In this document: positions 12,701 to 24,200 of the stretch, one piece after another
Layout: the number at the start of each line of letters is the position of its first letter
Position numbering within the stretch: position 1 is the stretch's first letter
NCBI GenBank assembly: GCA_002269645.1
Contig: NIVC01000010.1
Span: 2,170,001-2,234,000 of the forward strand
Source of the DNA: Macrostomum lignano
Lineage: Eukaryota
DNA: 64,000 bases
Direction of reading: 5' to 3'
The notes under the pieces: generated by a model
Told to the model about the DNA's origin: nothing
Seen by the model: only the letters and a program-made list of their open reading frames with translations
Databases searched by the model: none
Made by a program: the position numbers and the translations under genes

Positions 12701-12785
12701 ACCAAGTTTCTACCTGGATATCTGGCGCTACGAGAAGCGCAATGCTGGTAAATGGGACGCTAAAGAGAAGACTAAGGCCAGCTGA
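9558..12785 (+). CDS. Small two-TM membrane protein, 92 aa, with C-terminal KxKxx motif; family not recognised
   Basis: Exon 9527-9634 (acceptor TTTTCCTTTTCAG, ATG at 9558, donor GTGAGT) joins in phase 2 to exon 12584-12785 (acceptor TTTCCTACTTACAG). Product: MMSKVLSILSLPIFFTLIYLISNGSRYFLTSDISHVSQLVKVILIGFVAMPIAAFLIGYFPENLRPSFYLDIWRYEKRNAGKWDAKEKTKAS. The frame is open 10 codons upstream of the ATG, so a longer N-terminus is possible. Confidence 0.7.
9907..12346. mobile_element. hAT-like non-autonomous element carrying an expanded minisatellite
   Basis: Ends TAGGGGCATTGC / GCAACGCCCCTG (imperfect TIR, CAGGGG-type). Flanked by GCTGGGTA / GCTGAGTG, a decayed 8-bp TSD matching the SINE sequence GCTGGGTG. 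Confidence 0.65.
9985..12208. repeat. About 21-nt minisatellite array (about 2.2 kb) with interspersed variant units
   Basis: Core TTTTGGTGCCACAGGCACTCA or ...GGCTTTCA, punctuated by TTTTAGCACTACAGGCTCT units. It is the source of all ORFs at 10138-12297. Confidence 0.95.
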
Positions 12786-13379
12786 TCTGACTGACCTGAG
12801 AGCGTTAATGTACCTTTGGCTGTCTCAGAAAAAATATGATATAAACCTTTAATTATAATGTACTGTTAACTTCCTTGCTTGTATGTTTTTATATTGTTTT
12901 TAGACATTCTGCAGCTCGTTTTTTATTTATTACCTTATAGCTGAAATTGTTGGAATGGTCCACAAGAGCAATTGAATTTTTAACTTGAAGGTCAACGACT
13001 TACTCCTAATGACCGCAATTTGATTGTGTTAAAGTCTATTACGACCTAGAGTCGATGCAGCACTGACTTAAATGTATTGGTAACTCTAAGATATGTAGTA
13101 GGACTTAATGGCCTTCAAGATTACACTTCTGACTAAATAGCCATGGGCAGCAAAGACGACAAATTTTTGATTAAGTAAAATGGTCGCATGTTTTTATTTG
13201 TAGTCGCAAGAAAGTAACTAGAAAAGTTTAATCGTTTTATTTGTAATTTTTCTGATTTAAAAAAAATAGAACTTACCAGTTCTTTTCGACAGCTTTGTAA
13301 TAATAGATTAATTGAAGTAAAATGTTTGTGTTTATTCATAACAGCCGATTTGATGCACCAATGCATAAAAACACTTTAA

Positions 13380-13640
13380 GAGACAGGGTCCTGGCGTTAT
13401 TCAAGCGTTACTCTACACAACCGGTGAGAGGCATTACTGCCCATTCCGCAGAATCCCCTGAGCAGGCACACACACAGGAGTGTACAGCGGCCCTGACTTT
13501 ATTTATCGTTAGGCATGTACACTTCACTGCGCATTGGGGGTTGGCCCTAATTGCACGAGCAGAGTTTCCAATTTAGCCCCAAATTAACGTGACTGCACTT
13601 GGAATCGAGCCTGGACCGTTGGCACACGAGAGCACCGCAG
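13380..13640 (-). mobile_element. tRNA-derived SINE, family A (second copy)
   Basis: The reverse complement aligns to 5109-5468 (CCAGGCTCGATTCCAAGTGCAG...CAGTGAAGTGTACATGCCTAAC...GCTCAGGGGA). Confidence 0.85.
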
Positions 13641-15248
13641 AGTTAGTTTTGAGAGGCTTAGGATGTTTTAAAAAGAAAATTACTATTAATTTCCAGATCA
13701 ATTGTACTTAAAATTATTGTACAAGATAAAACACCCACTCTTAGTAGGTTTGACTTGTGCATATCGCGTCTACATGTAGCTAAGTCGCATTCGTTACTTT
13801 TTTTAACTGACACGAGGGTAGATGCACTTTTAACAAGTGACAATTCTAGTATCTATGCAGAAAACAGCTATAATAAAGCAATTAAGAGTGCTATGCAACA
13901 AATCTGTTTATGTATGTTTATAAACTTGAATTGCCAAACAGCCCAACTCAAATATACTTGTACAATATAGAACTAAAACAAACTGGCAAAAAGAACTCAT
14001 AAAATTGAATCCACTCGTGTATGGATATTGGATATCCCCAAGGCATTAAAAGCATTTGGGAAAGATTAGCGTTTAGCTAAAGGAAAACATGCACTTTCAT
14101 AGAGATTTTATATTTCGCCTTAATTTCAGAGATGTTTAATTAAAGCTTAACAACAAAAATTAATAACATACATAAGTAAAGTTAATGCAGAGCTAAAGAA
14201 AGCTTTAGATGTGGGAAGCATGTAATATCACTTGAAAAAATACACAGTTTTCAGTCTCAGATTCAGAACAAAACTATTAATTTAGGGATCATGCAACTAA
14301 GTAAAGAGAAATTTATAAATTAAAAGCGACAAAATACGAGTAGGCAGTGGTTGAAAAGAAAACAGATTCTGCGGGATAAAAATGCAAAACGGGTTAAATA
14401 ATAATTCAATTTTATAACTCTCCCATGGCCCGTTAGAGTGAGAAGAACTCCAAGAATTCGACAGGTAATTCTTATTCGGCCTGAATACAATAGGCTGTGC
14501 ACTACACGTATGTACTGTATCTGAGATAAGTGAAGGAAAACCGCATCGATGATAGAGAGGAAAGTTCTTAAACCAGCGGTTACACGTACAATTGACAATA
14601 ATTTAATTTTTCAGTAAGGTAGCTATAAGTAGTATGACAAGATTATTCTAACTAAAACACTATAAAAAACGAACAAAATTGCCTTAATTTTTTCGGATTT
14701 CACATAAGCTAACTACTATAAGTAACAAGATGAGGATTAAAATTAGTTAGTATCTCTTTTTGGTAGTAGCAAAGCAAGTTAGGCTAAAATTGTTGATTAT
14801 TATTAATTAGTTCAGCTGGATAGGCAGACCACGGGTTCTGAAAACAAAATGGCAACAATAAAATCGTATTTATTAGCCAAAGAGACCTGATCTGATTTTA
14901 AATAATAAAAACTTACTTAATGCATTGCCGCGACTTATAGAGACAAGAATGGTTTAGTTACGAAGCTGAAATTAATTGAGAGAAGAACAGCAAATGACTT
15001 TCACGGGGCAGTGTGAAGTGGGTCGCAGATTCTTGCCATTCTCACACTCGCGCTACCTGCCTAACCGCTACCAAATCAGCTTAACTAGGATTCACTTAGG
15101 CTCGCAACCATTAAAAAAATTCATCCAAGAAATTCAAGTAAAAATTTCTAAAACATCCCCTGTCTGCTTTCAACGCTTCAGCTTGATTTGCGAACTTGAA
15201 AAAGGAAGTTATTTTTAGTACAGAAAAAAACAAAAAAAATCTTTTTAC

Positions 15249-18200
15249 CTGCCCAATAACTCGTTCGTCCTCGTCTTCCTCCATGTCATCCTCGTCCCCA
15301 TCTTCGCCCTGTTAAATTAAAATAAAGTTCAAGTAGTATTTCCAACCTTAATTAGGACTAAAGGAAGACGAATCGCCAAGACTAAAGTTTATGATTTATC
15401 TAAACATGGTTCCTTAGTAATTTCGATACGCGTTTTAAAACCTCTCCCTGTCTGAACGGGATCAGGTTGAATTATCTCCCGAGATATTCTCGTAGATATT
15501 CTTTTAGCAAAGAGCGAGATTTATATTCCTAACTGAACGTGCAGCAAAAACAGCTGTCTATAGTCTATGGTTTGACTGTACTGTGTGGTGTACAGTTTAG
15601 TGTTGATTTGTAATTAATAAAGAATGCGTGTTTGGAGTAAATGCGTATGTTGCAATATGCGTGTAGAAACTTTATATATCTGTCCCTCATCAGGTTCATA
15701 GGCGGAATTTTGAATCTATCCGATAAGAGGGAGTGTCACAACATACATTTATCTTGGCCTTTTTTATTGAGACAACCCGTTATATAATCCTTGATTCTAG
15801 ACGGCACAGTCAACAGAGTTGACCATAGACTATACTCTAGATTATTTACCATAGTCTATTGACCATAGACTAAACTGCCAATTTAACATTTCGCTATGCA
15901 AAACAACACACATGCGCAACACCCGGCGCCCAGCCAAGGTAAGTCGCAAAAATGCCCACCCGAAAAAATACAGACGTAGTACTAGTTAGATGACGAGGCA
16001 TTTGGCCCTTAAAAGACAGTCAATTACTCCTGCCGTTTACTCAAAATTGCGTTAATTTTTGCTTTGGGTTTCTTTCGCAGGCAAGTCGCAGTTTTGGTAA
16101 AAAAAAAGTAAGTCGCACGGCCAGTGTAAATCAGAGGGGGTTGCGCATGTGTGCAAAACAATATGCGACGGTTTGTCCATATTACTTTTAAGCCGCTATA
16201 ATTTACTGCTTGCAAGGAGTCTAAAAAGAGCATGTCAATAGAAAGCTATAATATTCAAGAGACGATGTACGCTCGTATTATTTGATAATTTATTTTTACT
16301 TATTCTACTGTCGAAGATTGAGATTCAGGCTGACGCTTGACTGGAGTTTGAAGAGTCAGGAATCAGTAAGCCTATGATAAATATCAGAATAGATAGAAAT
16401 CACGCAGTGTCAGATGCAGGATCAATCAAGCATTCAGTGCTTATCAATTTTTCATTGGGTTTCATACATAGTCAAAGGAGCCAGCTTCATCCGTTGCAAC
16501 TTATCAAGCAGCTTAATTCCCCACGGCCTGGCTTATTGAATTTCTCTCCTTTCTATCAAACGACTCTGGAGCTCCCTATCTGTAGCTTAAATTCCATTTC
16601 CCAGCGAAACAGCACGGAAAATAGAAGGAATCGATCGATGACACATTTAAGAGACTATGAACGTCATTCAAACTTCTATTTAATGTAGCAATTCTGCCAA
16701 TATTTCATACCTTTAAAAAAGGATTCTATTTTAACTGGGGCAATTTAAGTACTGCAAACTAAAGCTGGCACTCACCTCGTCATCCTCGCTTTCGTACTGC
16801 AATGAAAGATATAAAGTTCTTATTAGTGCTTTATAATTACAATACTTTTATACGTAATTACTTAAGACCCAAAATTCTCAACTATTTTACAATCCTTATA
16901 CACTAACAGTAGTTGATGTACTTTAGTGCAGACTCGCAGAAAGTAAGACGTACTTCACTCCATTTCTAATATCAGTTCCATAGCTGGATAAAACGCTTAA
17001 ATTCAACGTGTTTATTTGAGGTAGTCAAATAATAATTAACAGTAATCGATGCAATTGAACTGGGTAAATGCAAGAGCATCAACACAGACAAAACCACAGA
17101 AAAAAAACAAATTAAAAACTGAAGTACATCGTCTAACGACAAAATTAAAACACGAGTGCCTAATCAACTCAATTATTTGTTGATCAAAACTATACACAAA
17201 ACTGACAACCGAAAAATAATCAGCTAACGAACTATAATAAAAAACAGCCCTTAAATTACACTACTAAATTTATTAATCACGATAAAACTGAAGAGCTAAT
17301 CAAGTAACAAGGAGCAAAGTGAATGATTACTTATTAGCGGTAGCGAATGGAATATCTACATTTAATAATGATGATTTACTAGACGAAATACATATATACA
17401 CAAAATTCAATTAACTATTCATACTATTAAACTAGTTTGTTTAACTCATGATCATGCTACAGTCTCTTTGTAGTAGAACACAGTTCGACCACCGCTGCGA
17501 CCGCCGCCGCCGCCACTGCCGCTTCCACCTTCGCCACCGTTGCGTCGCTCGGGCAGCCGGCCCAAGCTGGCATGCCTATCAAACTCAGCCGCTCCTTCGC
17601 CACCAACTGGATAGTCAAAATCGTCGTCGACATCATCATTGTCCTCGTCGTTATACTCGACAGCGTCTGCTACCGTCGAATCAACTACCTGACCGCGTTG
17701 TCTACGGTGGTGACGCCTTCGACGCGACGAACCGTAGCAGTTCAGCGAGAAGCGCAACTCGCTAGACATTTCCGACCACAGCGAGCGACCTTCGTCAGCG
17801 GCGGCTTCTGCATTTTTTCGCGTATTCCAAACAAACTCAACAACGGCTACAAAGACTGCTAGCAGCAGGCCGCAGACAAGCACTACGAAAATGCCGCCAA
17901 CGTTGTGCATGCCCAGCTCAGAGGCCGTTGTCTCCTGCGGATCTTTGCCTCGGCAAGTGCCAGTCTCTTTCCACCATTTATTTTTAAGCGCCTGCAACTG
18001 CTGGTCGCGCTGTAGTTCGAGAATTTTTAGGGTCAGTTCGTCGCGAAGCTCCTCACGATTCGGCCTGATCCCAAGGCCGTAGCCTTTGCTATCGATTAGG
18101 CCGCCAATCTGCACTAAGTTGCACTGACGCTCAATGTGATATTCGATCATTGCCGATTCCATTAAGAAAGCATATCCACCCCTTTTCACTCTTTCAATGG

Positions 18201-21200
18201 CTTCCATTGTGGTGGCCGTTTTCAAATGTTGCCGTGATCTCATATACTTGGCCATCCTAGCGTAGGTTTCTATATGAGAAGTTTCGAAGAATGTCTCAGT
18301 CGATCCGCCAGCTAGAACGCCATATTCTATAGCGGTCTGTTTCGATAGATCGTCTGCGCTCTCTATTGGCGATACCATGCGTTCAACAGTAAGAAAAGCG
18401 GCCAGGTTAGCCGTATACGAGCTTATTATAATTAGCGTGAAGAACCACCAAATGCCAGCAACGATACGCGTGCTGACAGCTCGGGGATTTATATTCGATC
18501 CTTGTTGCATAAGCGTGCCAACTGTGAACCAGAAAGAGTTGGATAATGAGAAACTGTTCACTAAGTAGCCGATATCTTCGTCGCAAGGATGCGGCGAAAC
18601 CCACTCGTAGGGCGAAAATCTCGCTAGAGCGTAGATCATTAGCGTCACCAACAAGTAAGCCGCAACAACGTACAACCAGATTTCCACAGCTAACGGATTA
18701 AGAAAACTAAACAGACCGGGCTTTTCACCTTTCGGCTTCTTGAAAAGAATGCTAATGCCTAAATTCATAAACGGTTTAGTGAAATCGATCGCCTTCTCTC
18801 GTTCGTAAGTGATAGTAAAGGAGCCCAGGGCAATGTCAGCCCTGCCGTCAATAAGTTCGCGAACCATGCCGTTCCACTCGCAGTTACAACCGCTATTTTC
18901 GGTGGCTACTGACCCCGATGCCTGATCCCTAGAAGCAGAAGACGATTCCAACTGCTTCGTCTGCTTATTTTTATCGCAAGGCAGTTCAACACAGATTCCG
19001 TATTTGTCGTCAGGAGATCGATAGATAACCCAGTCCATGCCGGTTCGATTGGCTATTAGCTCCATCATGTCGATGCAAAAGCCTTCCAGGTGTTGGCGGT
19101 GAAATTCTACATCTGGTCGAATGTGACCATTAATTAAATAGCGATTATGATATTCGCGCTTGACCCAGATAAACGGCTTAGCAGCCAATGCTACAACGCG
19201 AAGCACTTTGTTCTTCAATGGATAGACAACTGCCAAATCGTAGGGCTCGCTAAAGACTTGCAATCCATGTCTGGGAGTCCAGTTGGCGAAACGAACCGGA
19301 CCATTTGCTTTCAGATGATAAAGATCAAAGCTAACCGCCTGTCTAGACTTCTTGCTGTCGAATCTTAACTGGCCAGTAAGACCATTGCGCAAGTCCACCG
19401 AGTGCAGATAATTCATCAGACTACCACCAAACGGCGACCGCAACGCGTTGTTGTGCTCTCCAGCAGTGCCGTTAAATGACATCAAAGCATCGCAGCTCGG
19501 ACCAAGCGGTGGCTTGATATGCCTACTGAGGCTGAGACTGGCAAGAGCGCTGGCCAGCACCTGAACAGCATCGTAGATTAACGCTGCGCCAAGCGTCATT
19601 TGCCCGCCGCGTGTTAGCAAGACTCCATCCGGATTAACTAATCGTTGCTTGTTAGACCAATCGCGCATATCAGCCAACACGGAATTGTAGTGCGTCCAAT
19701 TGCCAGGTACAACACGAAATGCAGTTAGATTAACGTGATTATGCCTGTAATCTTCAAGGTCAAGTGTCATAGCGTCCAAGTTAGCTAATATGTAATGATA
19801 GCGTCGGTTCATCAATCCGCGATTAGTAGCGGCGCGTAAAAAATGAGCAGTGGCTTCTAAACTGAGGTCCAGAACCATGGTGCACCAGCCAGCTGAGTCG
19901 ATCTCAGAGAGTAGACTGTATACTTGACTAGCCAGGTAGCGTTTAATCCGAAAATATAGTGCCCTAGTCTCGTGACGATTGCGCAAAATTCTCTCTAGAC
20001 GGAATAGACTTTCGTCATTCTCATAAACTATAAGAACATCCTGCCATTTAAAATAGTCGATAGCGGCTATAACGCTCAGACTGATATGATCAAGCGACGG
20101 ATAGAGATTGAGCACAAAACCGTGGGCGGCATTTGAAGCGGATTCTTGAGCAGAAATCATCGGACGCAAATCCAACTGCGGCGTTTGCGTAGCCGTCGCC
20201 ATAGAAGCGAAATACTCGCTAGTTGCGCAGGCATGATGCGGACCGATCAGTGCCAGGGCGCCGGCTTCAAGCATCCGGCAAACGGCTTGGTTAGCTTGAA
20301 AACTGTCCTCGCCTTCGGCTAGCATAGTTACTATTGGCAACAGGTCGTGACGACAAAATATTGTTGAATCATTATTTGAGTATCGTCGACTCATACTAGC
20401 CAAAGCGTAATGGAGCGCGTTACGTTTGCGTAATTCTTCAATGCCAGAGCCGAATATGGCTCCTAATCTTAGCTTAGTTTTGTGCACGGGACAGGAGGCC
20501 GCTGCTGCAGCAGTTGCAGTCAAGTGCGCAGCCACAACCAACGCCAGCAGAGTGGGCGATAGCCAATTCATTTTATGTTATTTATTAAGTTGAGCTTCTT
20601 TGATCAACAAGTTAGTTGTTATTAGCTACAGATTGACAGTTGGTTGACTTTGAAACAGGGCTTCGTTCTTGCTGCATGGTCTGATTTTTTTATTTTTAAA
20701 AAATCACACAAACAAAAAGCCGCAGATATATTAATAACAATAATAATAATAATGAATTCGGCTTAGCCGAGAGGAGAGGCAACTTAGCAGTCGGATAGGC
20801 CACACCGGGAAGAGCCGAGGCTGATATAAGTGAAAGCGGTGGAAAAAGAGAAGAGAGGAGAGGAGGAGAGAGGAGGACAGTGGAGAGAAGGAGGGTCGAG
20901 GTGGCAGCAAGGGACGGTGACTGGCTGGAAAGTTCAGGAGGAGGTTGAGCTAAGGGGAATCTCCAAAAAGAGAGCGAGTGAAATAAAAATACGGTGTGAG
21001 GTAGGTGCAGGGGAAACCGAGGGGATTATACAGTATATTGCGGGCAGGAGGGGGGAAATGAGCTAAACGAGAAATGGGAGGACAGATGGGCGGGAAATCC
21101 GAGCCAGAGAGGGTCGAAAAGACCCTGGGATATTTCAGAGAAAAGCAAAAGAGGAATCGGAGGATGTTGAGACTTGGCAACGTAGAGAGGATTTGGGGAG

Positions 21201-24200
21201 TTGTAAAAAGGAAACAGGGAGAAACCGAGGAGGCAGTATAATACGGTAGATCAGTGCCAATTCTGCAGGATATTCTCGTGAGGACAATTTACGACAAGGG
21301 AGAGAATTAGCTGCAGAAGAATGAAGCGAGTCGGTGAAGAGGGTTGGCTGGTTTTGGGATAGAGTTCACAAGCTGGCGTAGTTTGTATTGAGAAACTGCA
21401 ATATTGGCTGTGTTGAATAAACATAATTATGGATTTTTTCTCTATTTGACAGTTATATCCCAAATTGCCTTAAGGGATACCACACCTTTAGGATACTGTA
21501 AGTAGGTACTGTAGGATACTGTAAGAAGTGCTGTAGGATACTGTAGTGTAAGAAGTGCTGTAGGATACTGTAAGAAGTGCTGTAGGATACTGTAAGAAGT
21601 GCTGTAGGATACTGTAAGAAGTGCTGTAGGATACTGTAAGAAGTGCTGTAGGATACTGTAAGAAGTGCTGTAGGATACTGTAAGAAGTGCTGTAGGATAC
21701 TGTAAGAAGTGCTGTAGGATACTGTAAGAAGTGCTGTAGGATACTGTAAGAAGTACTGTAGGATACTGTAAGAAGTGCTGTAGGATATTGTAAGAAGTGC
21801 TGCAGGATACTGTAAGAAGTGCTGTAGGCTACTGTAAGAAGTGCTGTAGGCTACTGTAAGAAGTACTGTAGGATACTGTAATATGAGGTGCTGTAGGATA
21901 TTTTAGGAAGTGCTGTAGGATACTGTAAGAAGTGCTGTAGGATACTGTAAGAAGTGCTGTAGGCTACTGTAAGAAGTACTGTAGGATACTGTAATATGAG
22001 GTGCTGTAGGATATTTTAGGAAGTGCTGTAGGATACTGTAAGAAGTGCTGTAGGATACTGTAAGAAGTGCTGTAGGATACTGTAAGAAGTGCTGTAGGAT
22101 ACTGTAAGAAGTGCTGTAGGATACTGTAAGAAGTGCTGTAGGATACTGTAAGAAGTGCTGTAGGATACTGTAAGAAGTGCTGTAGGATACTGTAAGAAGT
22201 GCTGTAGGATACTGTAAGAAGTGCTGTAGGATACTGTAAGAAGTGCTGTAGGATACTGTGTTGTAGGAAGTTTTGTAGACTAGTATATAGATTTTAAGAG
22301 CAGCTTAAGGTTGGGATTCTTAGCAGATTTACCAGCTGGACTCAAACCCAGATTAAAAATTTTTACGTCTAAAAGTTACTCTTTGGGGCATTTAAATCCA
22401 TTTGCTTAAGCTTCTTAACTAAAAACCTCTTTACTAAGGATCAGTTAAATTCTAAGTAAAAAAATCTGTAGCACTTACGTCTTCATCTTCGAGTCCTTCG
22501 CCAGTGAAGTACAGGACCGCACGGGGTATGACTCTTTCGCGAAGAAAGTGCCCGATTTCGAAGTCAGATTGAAGCAGGTCTTCGATCTCTTCGTCCTGTA
22601 ATTTTATTGAGTATCTGATTGAGCATTTTAAATTGTAATCCCGATCGAGTGCTTAGCTGTCACCTAAAGTGCAGCTTGAATATGAAACAAATACTGCACC
22701 ATTATCTACCACACACTAATTTAAAAGACATTCACTGTACCAATGAAAAGTGCAAGCAACCTAACCTAGTATTATAAAAACCATATATCAATGCCCCTTA
22801 GGAAAACTGGGTTTTTACCGCACGATTCTGCAAAAAATAATAATGTTAAAGCTTTATGAATTTAATGTAATTACCTAGAATTACATTAGCACTGAACTGC
22901 CAAATGGAAGCTGTTGTTGAAGGACAAATGACCCTATCTAACACCCGGAACTGACTGACCATATCTAACACCCCAAACACACTAAAACTTTCTTACACCT
23001 CAAACAGACTGAGCCTATCTAACACCCGGAACTGACTGACCATATCTAACACCCCAAACACACTAAAACTTTCTTACACCCCAAACAGACTGAGCCTATC
23101 TAACACCCGGAACTGACTGACCATATCTAACACCCCAAACACACTAAAACTTTCTTACACCCCAAACAGACTGAGCCTATCTAACACCCGGAACTGACTG
23201 ACCATATCTAACACCCCGAACAGACTAAACCTATCTAACACCCCGAACTGACTGACCATATCTAACACCCGGAACTGACTGACCCTATCTAACACCCCAA
23301 ACAGACTGACCCTATCTAACATCCCAAACAGACTGACCCTATCTAACATCCCAAACAGACTGACCCATCTAACACCTCAAACAGACTGACCCTATCTAAC
23401 ACCCCAAACAGACTGACCCTATCTAACATCTCAAACAGACTGACCCTATATAACATCTCAAACAGACTGACCCATCTAACACCTCAAACAGACTGACCCT
23501 ATCTAACACCCCAAACAGACTGACCCTATGTAACACCCCAAACAGACTGACCCTATCTAGAATATTAAACCAGCTAGAAATTCTAACAATTTGATTAATG
23601 ACGAAAAAAGAGTAAACATCAGAACCCATATCACTGTCTTATAATAATTATCGAAATGGAAAAAAGTTAATCTGATTTAATCTACCTATCTATCCAAGAA
23701 CTGCCGGTACAAACTTATAGGAAATTAATTATATTCAAAGTCCCAGCCTTGATCGCATTAGCACTCGCACATCTTGACAGGAAATATCCCTAGCTCCCAT
23801 TATTACACATAGGAAATCAATCAATATTGTATACAATCTGCAGAAACTGCAGAAACAGAATTATTTATCTACATCTATCTATATGTCATTAGAATATATC
23901 AACTATACTTAAATTCAATCATCATAGCCAACATCAATCAATCAATCAATCTATCAATCAAGAAAATTTCTCGCGCGCATAAACGATAATTGCATCAAAT
24001 CTGGTCGGTAAAAATACGCGAGATGAGAAAAGGGGATAGAGAGAGGGGGGGAGACAGACATAATGAGAGAAACAAGGATAGAAGGTCTACAAAACTGACT
24101 TATATACGTAGATATTATTATTACACGCTAGCCAGTATATTAGCAGGGTACTCGTAGCGTGCAGCATGGCCTCAGGGGGGTACGCGTGAAAGAGCGAGAC

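Noticed and set aside
14770-15200. Specific NAP1 terminal exon (candidates NPWSAYPAELINNNQQF-stop near 14837, FANQAEAL... near 15195, AGSASVR... near 15060)
   Set aside because: There are several plausible acceptors, and none shows the CKQQ-type ending common in NAP1. It cannot be decided without transcripts.
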